Shown here: positions 24,639 to 36,375 of the stretch, one piece after another
Layout: each line of letters starts with the position of its first letter
How positions within the stretch are numbered: position 1 is the stretch's first letter
NCBI GenBank assembly: GCA_051942245.1
Contig: JAVECL010000193.1
Coordinates: 1 to 37,575, forward strand
DNA from: Trypethelium eluteriae
Lineage: Eukaryota
DNA length: 37,575 nucleotides
Reading direction: 5' to 3'
Notes under the pieces: model-generated
Database searches by the model: none
What the model saw: only the letters and a program-made list of their open reading frames with translations
What the model was told of the DNA's origin: nothing
Position numbers and translations under genes: made by a program

Positions 24639-26231
24639 ATGTCAGATTCGCCACGGTCGTTTCCAAAAGAACCTGTCGTCGAGCTGGAGATTGTAGTTGA
24701 TGAGGAGCTTAACGCCCTCGGGGGCTAGGTGCTCGATGCGAGTCTGTACAAAGATGGCGCCGCTCGCTTGAAGCCAACCCGTCGAGATGGCTCAACTGTC
24801 CTGATCCCCCGGCCAAACGAAAGTCTTGACGATCCTCTCAGCTGGAGTGCCGCGGAAAAACATACACTTTGGCTGTCATCGCATTCCTTGCCTTTTTGCC
24901 CGATTATGCAGCCGATACTGGTATTGTCACTGTGATTCCACAGCCCATGCATGAAATTGTTCTCCTTAGCATGCCCTTCAATCTTATGAAAAAATTTCGT
25001 GCTCCTCGCTGGTCGAAGGATTGCAGACAATGGAACGTGCAGCAATATGCAGTGCAGCATGCAGTTGGAAATATCTTCACCCTCGGGGTTTCCGGAATCT
25101 TTACCATCCTCCTGTCTGACCATTTCGGGGGTTTACCGGTGCTGCTCGTCTTTCAATGCGTTATACTGTGGACCACGGCTTGGGCGGCTGCAGCCACGGA
25201 GCTCTTTCTCTTTCATGACTGCTCGAGTCTTCATGGGCTTCCTTCCTGGCGCTGCCCAAGGTGGAGGTCTCGTTTGGATCAAGGACCTTTTCTTTTCCAC
25301 GAACATTCAAGGAAAATCAATGCGACTGACCTTCCCATCATCCTTAGCCTTTACCTCGGCCCTTTAATCACCGCCTTTGTCACTAACGTCACTGGCGCCT
25401 GGCGCTGGAGCTTTTTGATCTGGACAATCGGCTTCCTCCTCATCCTCGCCCTTGACAAGACTCTCTACAACTACAATTTTCTGTCACACGGACAGGTCTG
25501 GTCTCGCGCAAGCCTGGCATTGAGCAAGCCAAAAGCCTTCCCCAGCGCAGCTGCACCCAGTATGTCATCGGACCTCTTGCCGCCCTCACAAGAGTCCCCG
25601 TCCCCCTTATCGTCGTCTATTACTTTCTCAACTTCACCTGAATCATCTCTATCAACACTCCCACCAGCCTCTGGCTCACCAACTTCTACGGCTTTACCCT
25701 CAAGGGCCTTGGCTTCTTCTACTTTTTCGGTATTACCGGCGTCACTAATGGCTGGTTCGTCGGTCACTTAGTACATAATGCGGTAGAAAACTACTGCAGT
25801 CGACGACATGCGGGTTGAACTGAGCCGAAGGCGCGATTGATTATTATGCATCCGGCGACCTTGCTCATGGCAGTTTCTCTGCTAATTCTCGGTTTTGCCG
25901 TACAAGATCATTGTCACTACATGGTTCTCGCAGTATTTGCTTCTACACAGTGTGTGGGCATCATGGTGGCAACAATCGCTGTCAATGCGTATTTGCTCCA
26001 CTGTATTCCCAAGTCGTTAGGAGAAGTCAGTGCCTGGGTCACAATCCGGTGGATCTGCGGAGGGTTCATTGGCAACTTATATCCAACTGCCATAGGTTGC
26101 GGAGATTGGCGCGGAGAAATTGTTGGGAATCCAGTGTGGGATCACAAGCGCCGTAGCATTCGTTACTGTACTGTTCGCAGGCTTATGGAAAGAGGATTCG
26201 GGCGCAAGGGAGGATTATCAAAAGGCATTAG
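24639..26231 (+). pseudogene. MFS transporter pseudogene (fungal DHA1/HOL1-like type)
   Basis: LIPRPNESLDDPLSWS (cf. LIPQPSxDPNDPLNW), FGGLPVL, FLFHEHSRKIN, YLGPL, WRWSF, EPKARL, VNAYLL, EVSAW and terminal YGKRIRA, spread over several frames; in-frame stops at 24726-28 and 25816-18. Confidence 0.88.
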
Positions 26232-26841
26232 CTGGGCTTTGGCAGCATATTATGATTGAAAAGGGGCGATCAAAATCTATACAAAGGGCCGGATATCATA
26301 GCGGAATTTATGGGTATCAGCTGCATGGTGATGGAAGATCGAGAACATCCCTTTTTGTTCTTCAGCACGAATGCCGAATAGTTCTCGCGACGGCCCATCT
26401 TCCCATACCTCATGGATCATGGACTTGCTCTGAGCGGCTAAATCGGGAGAGGTACCTTCACGCGGACCTTGAACGACAGACACCTTTGAGAAAGGCGCCA
26501 AAACGTCTTTGAACACAAGGCATTATATATACGGGCCTTTTTAACAGAGTTGAGTATCACGTCATACGTAGGATAATATTAGGTGGATATTTTTCAACTG
26601 CCTTTCACAATGAGTCAGGGACTATGCAGAGAGGCAGCCCTCACTCATAGCATAAGAAATTCCCTCTAAGAATGCTACCGGATCAGGAGCGCGGACCCTA
26701 GTGAGAAGTGATATTCTAAGTGTCGGTCGGGTGACATAAAAACAAATCGCGACTTATGATAATTCAGTGAACGACCCAACCCTATCTACGGATTTCCTAC
26801 CTACAGCTATCTTTGAGTCCAAGCCATTCGAGAAATACATC

Positions 26842-27639
26842 ATGGCTGGTCCCTCGAAACTACTTGAATTGCCTCCAGAGCCACGGCTGATGATATATCG
26901 ACAAGTCCTCCTGGTACCAAACGGCGTTCGTCTCTTCCCCGTCAACGAAATCAGCGAAGTTCTACTCCCACTACTACTTGCATGCAAGCGAATCTACGAA
27001 GAAGCCATCGTTATCATACACAACGAGACTGAGTTCAAGATATTCGACCAGGATGAGTACTTCCATACCTATAATCTGGATAATGACCCTTGGGCACCGA
27101 AAACCCCACAAATCCCAGCTCAGAAATCAGAGATATCGCCGTCACCGCATCTATTTTCGAACATAAGGAATCTAACTTTCGCTGTGAATGAGAGAACTTT
27201 TTTTGCGGGGAAGTCCCGGCATTGGGAGATTGAGCTAGCGACGCGCATGGTGTCTTTGAAGCGTCTGACGGTCAGCTTTTACAGAGTCGAAATCGACGGA
27301 AGCGCCCGCGACTTCACTAGTAGCGAGTTTGGTTGCGGCCTGCCCTATTGTTTGGAAGGTCTCTATGAAGCAGGGATGGAGAATATCTTGAACAACGTTC
27401 CCAAGACTTGCAGTGTCGTCCGTGGCCCCTCGAAAGAAACATTCCCCAGGCTGTCCACCGAAAACGGGACCCTGATCGAAGAGGCAGCTGCTGTGACTGT
27501 TTTGCCCTCAAGTCTAAACTCTCAGGGAGGCTGGCGGTGCTGTCAGAATTGTCTGGGCTGTGCAGGTCCTAGACAGTCGGATTCGCAAATTGAACATATT
27601 CAACGATGGTGGCGCCCTGGGCGCCATAATCCTTTCTAG
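26842..27639 (+). CDS. Hypothetical protein with N-terminal F-box-like (LLxLPxExRxxIY) motif
   Basis: MAGPSKLLELPPEPRLMIYRQVLL...LLLACKRIYEEA...NETEF matches the expanded fungal 'LPxEIRxxIY...LLxxCKxIxxEA' family; single ORF; C-terminal end uncertain. Confidence 0.65.
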   Translation: MAGPSKLLELPPEPRLMIYRQVLLVPNGVRLFPVNEISEVLLPLLLACKRIYEEAIVIIHNETEFKIFDQDEYFHTYNLDNDPWAPKTPQIPAQKSEISPSPHLFSNIRNLTFAVNERTFFAGKSRHWEIELATRMVSLKRLTVSFYRVEIDGSARDFTSSEFGCGLPYCLEGLYEAGMENILNNVPKTCSVVRGPSKETFPRLSTENGTLIEEAAAVTVLPSSLNSQGGWRCCQNCLGCAGPRQSDSQIEHIQRWWRPGRHNPF

Positions 27640-28828
27640 TCTATCATACCTTGAACCTGCTGAGCTATGTCTTGAGAGTTGCAAATCAGAGGAAAGACTT
27701 GATAGGTAGCAGTCTTAAGATTGGCTAAAACAAACTTCATTCAACTTATTATGCTAAAATATCCTTTGCACAGGATAGCCCTCAAATAGTGATCCCTTTC
27801 ACGGACTCTACGTTAAGAACCTCTAGCAACACGCCTTTATCCCGCTCAGTTCTCCCTCTGCTCTCCTTCCGATACTGGCGATTTTGCAGCCAGCAACAGC
27901 CTTCATACAGCCCCAAAGCCTCGTCACGAATCGTACCGCCTGCGCCAAGACTACCCTTCAACATCGACTTCATAGTCCCGTTGCGCTTCCATTGACTACT
28001 CATAGTGCAGCACATCGAGGATCCATTCACCTTACTCAACTAGGCTTCCACCGAACTGAAGATGGTTAGTTGCATAATCATGTATGGATTATACGGCAAG
28101 GCGAGTCGCAGCCGGATTATTCTCGAGGGACTGCACTGCGCCTCTTGCAATCCGAATGTCTCGCTTTGGCGGCTGAGTTAGTCGGCCGAGACGAGAGCTT
28201 CGGCCGAGGACAAAGTTCAGGACCAGGCACTCGTTGAGTGGAATCTGCAATATCATTGGATTCTTCCGACGAGGGATATGAATATCTGCAGCAACACCCC
28301 CTTATCTCTGTAATAGCAGTGGCCATGATGTCTGAGCACGTTCTCCCGGTCAATTCGCTTTGAATCATACGTCGTGCTGCCTCCCAGGCATGTTACTCGT
28401 GACCGTACTGTAGTCCCTGAGTTCAGGATCGCAAGGGCGGGAATGATAAATCTACCCCAAAGACCGTTGCACCGGACATCAATCACGTGCGGTTCTAGGC
28501 GATCTCGACGCTTCTGGACTATCTTTTAACATTGTCAAGGATAACCCCAAAGTAAAGGTAGGTCATTCGAATGGAAGAGTCTTTTATGATGTAAAAACCC
28601 CAGAGAAGGCCTTGACGGAAATACCAATGGCAGTAAAATTGATGAGTATTTTAAGTGTCACGAGGAGAATCTGATTGCTTGGCAAATAGAGACAGTACGT
28701 TTGAGAAAAGTAAGTGTCTTACTCAATCTATGCAAGCTGGGAAGTCTACACGCAGGGATTCTCAAGTAACCTCTTCTAGGGGTCTAAGTGATTGCAAATG
28801 TAAGTCATGAGGATCAGCCATTCGAGGG

Positions 28829-29400
28829 TTAGTGTGGATTCACCTGACGATCCTTGACGAACTTCAGTAACTTGTCCGTATCGTCCCTTTTCCTATTGAT
28901 CGCGATCTATGAGGCCAATGCCTTGTAGAAGGGAACATCAGGCACTTCTGGGAAGAAGCCTGCATACTCTCAGTCGATAATGACGGCGATCTTGAGCGCC
29001 TTTGGGTCGGCGATGACGTTTTGTTGAGAAATGTCTTTGTGACAGAAAATGTATGTAGCGCTCAGCGCCTTCTCAAGATTCCAATCGTCTCGAGAGGTCT
29101 TCTGTAATAGCCCACAGGGAAGGATAAAGACGCCCGAGGCGCCTTTCTCTTTTCACCCTCTCCCACAAACCCGAAGTGTAGAGCTACGAAGAAAATGTAA
29201 GGTTTTGATACAGCGCCCCAATTCTCCGGCTACAATGCCTCTTTGATCGTCGGTGAGAGGATATATAGAGACACCATCGACATAGCCTATAATTATGTAC
29301 GCAGCGTTGTTGAATTCGAGACAAGCGTAAATTGTTGGAACAGGAATGTTGTGATAGTGTTTTCTTAAGTGTACTTCAACACTGCTGCCTCCTTAAACAT
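28829..29400 (-). pseudogene. Aminoglycoside-phosphotransferase/choline-kinase-like (APH) pseudogene
   Basis: Manual translation gives EAAVLKY..NIPVPTIYAC...YVDGVS...TLHFLRS...YIFCHKDISQQNVIADPKALKIAVIID*EYAGFFP (HxDL..xN and IIDWE motifs); W>TGA at 28970-72, further stops and a frameshift. Not in the ORF track; 5' end approximate. Confidence 0.85.
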
Positions 29401-29614
29401 GAGCTCGAGTCCCAGTTGAGATAGGCTCAGGACAAATATTTAGTTTTGCCCACGTTCGTACCGCTGTATGCCCTTCAAGCGTCTCGATCCCACCATTTTT
29501 CTCTAAGATGATAAGTGAATTACTCAAGTCAGCTGGTAAGGAAAGGTCTGGCAGAAGAAAGAAAAACCTACAAACTTAAGATACGGTGAGGGTCATTAGA
29601 AAACAAAGACGCTT

Positions 29615-31028
29615 CTAAGGGTTTATTAAGCCCTTCTTCTCTGGGCGGAAATTTAATGTGCTCAGCTTTCTGACTGCGCTGCCTGCAATCTTGCTCACTG
29701 AGATCGATTTGCGAGGCAGCTTCGTAAACTCCTCCTTGAACAGGTGAAAGTTCCTCTCTGGTTCTTGCTCTGCAAATGCTTCTGCGAGAATGGTACGGAT
29801 GAGGTATATCATTTGCTCGACCTCGGGAGTACCTTTGTGCAGTGAAAAAGGGTCTGGAACCTCGATGAAGTCGTCTAACCACTTGTTGGGAACAGGCAAG
29901 CTATGCTGATGGATTGCATCCACGATGAGTGCTATGTCCTCTTGGAAAAACACGCTCTTGCCATTTCCGTCTTTCTCTTGGCGAGGTCGAAGGGTGAGGA
30001 GGCTCAAAGCGATGGGTAAAGTTTTGCCAACTCCAAACAAGACACCTACCCTGAAAGCCGTGTCGACTTCCTCTAGCGTAAGTCTTCGACTTGGCTGAGA
30101 CCACAGATAAGCCCTCTCTGACTCACTGTATGCACTGTTCTCACATTCATCAGGCGATGGAAGGAAGAGAAGTATACCAGCTGCAACGAGATCTTGGTAT
30201 CGAACCGAGACGAAGCACTGTTGTTCAATGGTCCCGTGGGCAAGACACTCAAGCTCAGTGAGACCATTCTTAATGCTCACGATTCCGTTTTCCACAAGTG
30301 CCTGATTGGGGTATACTCGACGGTCTTGTGGAAGCTTAGCAGTGTCAAGACAGCATAGGTGAGCATCGTATTTTGCAAGATTCCTTGCAAAGAAGAGTCC
30401 CGCAAGTAGTGAAGTGAACCAGGAGGAGAACTCAGAGACCCCTTTGGAGGAACTGTGATGATTCTCAATCATATATTTGAGATTTGGAATGTCGTAAATC
30501 GACTCGTGACCTTCGCCAAAGAGAAAGGCATGGGGAACGATAGCGGCAGGGCTGTTAGTTAAGACCGGGCCAGCCGCCACCACTTCTTTCGCAGTAGGCA
30601 CGGAACAGATATCGGGGGGTGCTCCATTGCGCTTCTTCCTCGACCGCAACCAACTTTGATACCCTACACGCGGTCTCCTGCTCCCTTTTGAAACTTAGCC
30701 TTACCATCCTCATCGCGGGACCAATGCTTTCCTGGCTTTTTTCCAAAGCAGTTTTTCTCAACATTCGATAAAAGCTGCCATCGCCATCCGGCACTACTGC
30801 TGTGACATATACATCATCCGGATTGGAAGTCTTCCGCACTTCAATTGTCCAGGACGTTACGTGGACGTTGCGTTGCCACCAAGGTATCACTGCTGTGGGA
30901 AGGTACAAACTTTCTAGCGGAGTTGGTTCAGGACCGTCGCGAGAGCATTTGATCATGTCTCCCTGAGAGAAAATAACAAGCTTGACCGAGGGTATAGCAT
31001 TGTAGGAGTGCCCAGCTGCTCCTGCCAT
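29615..31028 (-). pseudogene. DUF7587-like gene (putative ADP-ribosyltransferase-like fold) interrupted by a 4-bp duplication; ~469 aa if repaired
   Basis: Upstream ORF ends TPRYLFRAYCERSGGGWPGLN*; downstream ORF continues SPAAIVPHAF...EFSSWFTS...LDT...ECLAHGTI. Removing one TAAC of TAACTAAC (plus strand GTTAGTTA, 30554-30561) fuses them in frame. Confidence 0.65.
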
Positions 31029-31802
31029 CTTGGAAAGAAAAGTGAACGAGCTCTGTATTGGATGTGAAAATGAAGTCTTTCTAGAAGCCAAGGGACTGAA
31101 AATATTCTAGATTCAACGATTGTTGCTTGAAAGGGTGGCAGGAACTAATCGATCTAGTAGAATGCTTCGCTACATACCCGTAAGGCATCTCACATTGTCA
31201 CAATCTCAACGCAGCACAAACAAATCTAAAAAAGACTATATGATGGACTATCGGTCTCCTTTGTTCTTGTCGTTGGACATGCAAGTATTGTGATGATAGT
31301 TCAGCAAATCTTTTGGATCGGGTACCCACTGGAAGACCCAATTTGTTTCAGAGACAGTCGGATCCTGAGAAACAAGACGACGAAGTCTCATGTTTGAGGA
31401 TAATGAAGGTTGGTAGAATTCTCGCTTGGAGTCTCCCGTCCCACACAGAGCAGAGCTATGATTGTCATATTTTATAATTAGCTCTTATTGATTCTTGAGT
31501 CTTAGTTCTTTTTCTTCCCTCTTCCCTCACAACTTTGCTACGACAACTCCCTGCAATCTTGCTAAATAAGGAAGTGTTCCTGAGATCTTACAGGGATGAG
31601 ATTGAAGAGGGTCATCGAATCATTGCGTCGGTAGCTTTCCGATTCCTGTCAGAGATCTTGCCAAGCTTTGATGCATGATTTTTAGACATTTTCGCTGACG
31701 TCTCCAGCGTGCGGGGGTTGGTGAATTGGCATGCCTCCGGTGCTTCCTTGTCCTGCGTGCTTGAACCCCCGGCGACGCGGCCAAGTGGATTGAGACCCCC
31801 AG

Positions 31803-31822
31803 CTGACGTCAGGTCATGTGAC
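31803..31822. promoter_or_regulatory. Candidate CRE (TGACGTCA) next to an E-box-like GTCATGTGAC, in the divergent intergenic region between the DUF7587-like gene and the surface protein gene
   Basis: ctgacgtcag (perfect palindrome) followed by gtcatgtgac, ~730 bp upstream of ATG 32545. Motif match only. Confidence 0.3.
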
Positions 31823-32544
31823 TAAGGCGTGGTCCTTCCCGCGTCACGTCGCGTCGACGTGGTGCACGGACCATTAAGTACTCCATACCTTACCTTACTC
31901 ACCTCGTCCAATAATCTGCAGGTACGGAGTACTCCATCCTGCATTTTTGTTCGCCTTCCGGGACGGCCATTACACCAAACCAAAAAGCTCCGCCACTCGG
32001 CCGTCGTTCACTGCTTCGCATTGCATCCGCCTCCCAGATGCGAATCATTGAAGCTTCTTCCTGTTCCTAGTGTGCCGGTCCCGAAGCCCGGGCGCATTGG
32101 TGATCCTACCCCAATGACGCTTAAGCAAATGCAAGAATCCAATATCGTGCTGCAGCCTCTTCCTCCAGTCCGCCAATGGCCTACGTCGAAAGCAGAACCC
32201 CTCCATTGCCCTGGGTACCGGCAGCTTCTTTTCGTTGCATGAGCCTAGACGGTTAGCCAGTCAGTAGTGCATCGTCCCACGCTCACTAAAGAGGCAAGCC
32301 CACCACGTAACTCTGCTGGACAAATACGAGTTTCTACGCAAGATGGGATAGACAACGCAGCAGATCTGCCGTTCGTCATGCCTGAATCGGATGAAACATA
32401 CGCAGAACCTCCGCCCGCCTGGATAGGGCAACGGTCGGAGGTTTGGCTCGCATTAAATACCTTTGCGTAGTTCGTCTACAGAATGCAGTCTTTCGCTTTC
32501 CTGGCCGATGCTGGCCGCTTTTGCTGTGCAATTTCGCAACGAGG

Positions 32545-35500
32545 ATGGGGAACGGCGTTGGCAGAGTGCTGTTAGCAGCAGTACTTTGCATTGGATATGT
32601 ACTTGGACACTCGTGTAAGTAGATGCCGATGTCAATTGGCCCCGAAGTAAAACGCTTATAATTTTTTTTCAGTATCTGGATACCACAGAACGAGCATTCG
32701 TTCATACAGGACTTCGGTGATTTTCTCCTCTCCATGTTCCACATCTCTACCTGCCTGGACTAGGAGTACTGTGACTTACTCGCACCCATCTTCTTACCCT
32801 TGGCCTATCTCGAGTGGAAGTTCAGTAACCTACTCCTCGCCATCTCCAACCTGGTCAACGTTGACTCGGAGTACAACGATCTTCTCACCGTCATCTTCTT
32901 GTTCTACCTTGAATGGAAGTATAGCCAGTTATTCGCTGTCACCCTCATCTCGGCATACATCGAACACAAGCTCAACGAGCCCATCCCCACTTTCGTTTTC
33001 ACCATGGCCTACGTCGAATTCGACTCTAGCAACGTCTTCACCATGTTCTTCATCGCGGCCACTGAACTACACAACATTGACAGCGCCGCCTTCGTCCTCC
33101 GCGCTGACTCCTTCGAATTGCACTACATTAACTTCACCATCCCTGTTTTCATCCCGGCCTGCTTCAAATAGCACTCCGATAATTTCGCAGTCTTCGTCTA
33201 CATCAAGGCCTTCTCATAGAAGTACTACATTGACTTCGACTCATTCATATTCATCACGGCCTTCTTCGAATAACACTACGGTAACCCCATTGTCTCCATC
33301 TTCATCTCGGTCTACGGCAAATAGTACTACGACGACCTTGATATCAACGTCTTCATCAAAGTCTGCGCAGACTATTACTGTCATTAGTCCTACAGTGACT
33401 CCGCTTCCCCCGTCTTCACCGCGGACTACTACGTATAGCACGACCTTTCCTTCAGTATCGTCGTCTTCATGTCTGTCTACGTCGAATAGTACTATTATCA
33501 GTACTACAGTGAGCACACTTTTTTGGACTTCATCGCGGACTACTTCGTATAGCAGTACAGCGACCTCTTCATCCTCATCTTTTTCAACGCCGGTTTGGAG
33601 CACCACTAAGTCGACGTCACTATCCTCATCTACATCTTCGCTACCCGCTTCGAATAGCACTACGTCAACTCCATTGTCTTCGTTCACTTCACCTCATTAT
33701 ACATCCCCACTCTCTCCATCTACGCCGAATAGTATTACAGTGACCTCAATACCTTCGCCTTCGACGCGGCCATCTTCGCCTAGTACTACGCTGACCTCAC
33801 CATCGTCATCTTCATTACACCCTACGTCAAATAGTACAACGATCAGAACTACGGCCAGTACTACAACCAGTATTACGGCCAGTACTACGGTCATTACGAC
33901 AGCGACCTCGCCATCTTCATCTGTACCAAGGTCTCTCTCAAATACCGCTACAGACACCTCACCACCTACCTCGATCAGCACCCCATCAACATCACGATCT
34001 TCGCCTCCATCCCAGTCTGGATCGAACAGCATCACGGTGACTTCACTGACCTCACCTTCGTCGTTGCCTCCTTCAAGTAGCTCAATAGCGACGTCACCTC
34101 CGTCGTCTTCTCCGTCCCAGTCCGTGCCGAACACAAGTGCAACGACCTCGTCCTCATCTTCTCCATCCCAGACAGCGAGTGGGGGTACTGGAATTTATAC
34201 TACTCCAGGGACTTCTTCCCCAGTGCCGACTACCTCAAGTCAGACTTCAAGCAATACTGTAACACCTTCGGAAACTTTCCCTGGTACAGTAAGCAGTAGT
34301 ACCGTGAGCTATACTACTCCAGGGCTCTCTACTAGCTCACTCAGCAGCTCAAACGAAATTTCCACGAACACTGCGAGGACTTCGAAAGTTTCATCCGTTA
34401 CAGGCAGCAACAGCATTGGAACCTATACTACTTCAGGTCTCTCTACACTGTTATCGAGAACGTCGAGTCAGACTTCGAGGATCACGGTGGTAACTTCGAT
34501 CACAGCCTCATCCAACCTTGTGACGAGTACATCGTCCTCTTTGACAGTTATAACTTCACCCCCGGCTGCAATCAATCTTACTTGTGGATACACTAATTAC
34601 CCTTATTCCACATTGAACGTTACAACCCTGCCAGGCGTGGGGGCTGAAGCTTTCAGTTGCTATGCAAGCTATTCGACCTACTTAGATTCAGCTAGTCGTA
34701 GCTGCGGCAACCTAGTGGAGGTATATTCTTACTCAACCTACATATCAACTTCAACATCGTACGAAGAGTATACTTTGTGCGATGGAGTACCTCGTCTACG
34801 CGTGGCTGGACAGTCAGAGCCGACAACTACAACAGAGTTGTATGCTACTGGAAGATCGGGTGGTTTCGTTACCATCACTGAAACCGTCGAACAGCCGGTT
34901 CCCATAGCTACATCTGTTCTTGCTACACCGGTGACGAAGACACTCACAAGCTTGACATGTCTTGATCCTGAGCCAACCATGCAGTCGCCCGTCTGCTCGT
35001 ATAGTTCACAAGACTGTACGGCGCTGCAGTCGCTGTGGACTTTTAGCTCGCTATGTCTCAGCCCACCACCTTGCACAGTGACAGCATCCTCAACCCCGTA
35101 TAACCCTTGCCAGGGTTGTACGGTAACTTTGCCATTGATTCGGCTTTTTTACTTTGGCGTTACTACCTCTGGAGACTTCTGTGGCAGTCGTAAGTTTTAT
35201 CTCCCTCACCTTTTCTATCGTTTGAAGCTCATGAGGAAACAGATACTGTCGTTACCCCATCTGCCAATGGTCCGCCAGCGACAGTCCAAGCGTTTGGTAC
35301 TGCCTTCACCTCCGGATACGCCTACGTCTCCTATTCCGGCTTCCAAGTTAACGGCTACCTAGGCCAGTGCGGGGCGTCTCAGCCCGCAGGCTTCATCCCC
35401 CTTCCCTCTTCCTCTATCTCTAGTTATCGTGGCTTTGACCCAGTTCAAAGTCAGCCGCCGCACCAATACCCCTTCAACTACGGCGACCTGCGCCCCAACG

Positions 35501-36375
35501 AAGTCCCCTTCGATGCCTGGGCCGCCCAACCTAGTTGTGACTCAGAAAATTATCCACGACTCTTTCAAAACTGCAGCGTCATCGACGACGCCATCTACAA
35601 TCCTGCGCTGGTCTATCCGTCCCAAATACTGGATCTGGATCCCCAGTGGGCACAGTGTGAGACCAAGTGGGAGGGTCTGTATGATCCGCCCTATCTATTG
35701 ACTATGGCGGCCTCAGCCGCGGTACCAGGCCCAAATCCTACGCCGAATATACCTTCGACCCCGGAAGCGGCCACGCCAGGAAGCAATGCGGGAGGCTTCC
35801 CGGGACCGACGGCATTGCCGGAAGAAAGCGGGAGTGGTGCAGGCTCCGGCTCAAGTCCAGAACCTGCGCCAGCGAGTAACAGCAATCCTGGAGGTGGAAT
35901 AGCATCCATCCTTGCCAGCGGCGCTGGGAGCAGAAGTGCTGGCCAATCTGCAGCCACGAACCCTGGTGGTCCTATCGCTTCTATCATTGTGAGTGGAGGG
36001 CCAGCTCCTGGAGCGGGAGGTGGGAGCGAGAGTAGTGGAAGATCAAGTGGTGGAGTGCCGGCTCCTGGATCAGGTGGTGGAAGTCACAGCAGTGGAAGAT
36101 CAACTGGTGGAGGGCTTCCGTTAGGCACTAGCCCTGGTATTGCTGCATCAGCCGGTGCGCAGACTGGTACAGCACCTCCTCACAGTAGTGGAAGCATCAC
36201 CATCGTTGGAACGAGTGTGGGTACTAGTGCGAGTACTAGTGCGAGTGCGACGACGAGCGCGGCTTTGCCAACACCAGCATCAGGGGCGGAAAAGGTTAAA
36301 ATGGCGGCGGATAAGGCGCTCACCACGACTTTACTGAGTATCGTCATGTTTGGGATGGGCCTTTTGATTATCTAA
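32545..36375 (+). CDS. Large Ser/Thr/Pro-rich, probably GPI-anchored cell-surface glycoprotein (~1239 aa); exons 32545-32614, 32673-35189, 35243-36375
   Basis: Exon 1 encodes a signal peptide (MGNGVGRVLLAAVLCIGYVLG); two GTAAGT..CAG introns give one open frame; mucin-like stalk, Cys-rich domain (YTLCDGVPR, PFNYGDL, LDPQWAQC...GLYDPP), Gly/Ser linker and hydrophobic C-terminus after SGA. Confidence 0.85.
32740..34170 (+). repeat. Degenerate ~51-nt (17-aa) coding tandem repeat in the mucin stalk
   Basis: Recurring unit approx. S-P-S-S-S-R-P-x-S-N-S-T-T-x-T (DNA 'tcgaatagcactac/aatagtactac'). Confidence 0.7.
36001..36114 (+). repeat. Two-copy 57-nt coding duplication (PAPGxGGGSxSSGRSxGG)
   Basis: ccagctcctgga...agtggaagatcaagtggtgga followed by ccggctcctgga...agtggaagatcaactggtgga. 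Confidence 0.8.

Noticed and set aside
33241..34134. Acidic D/E/V-rich minus-strand ORFs
   Set aside because: Antisense reading of Ser/Thr codon repeats.
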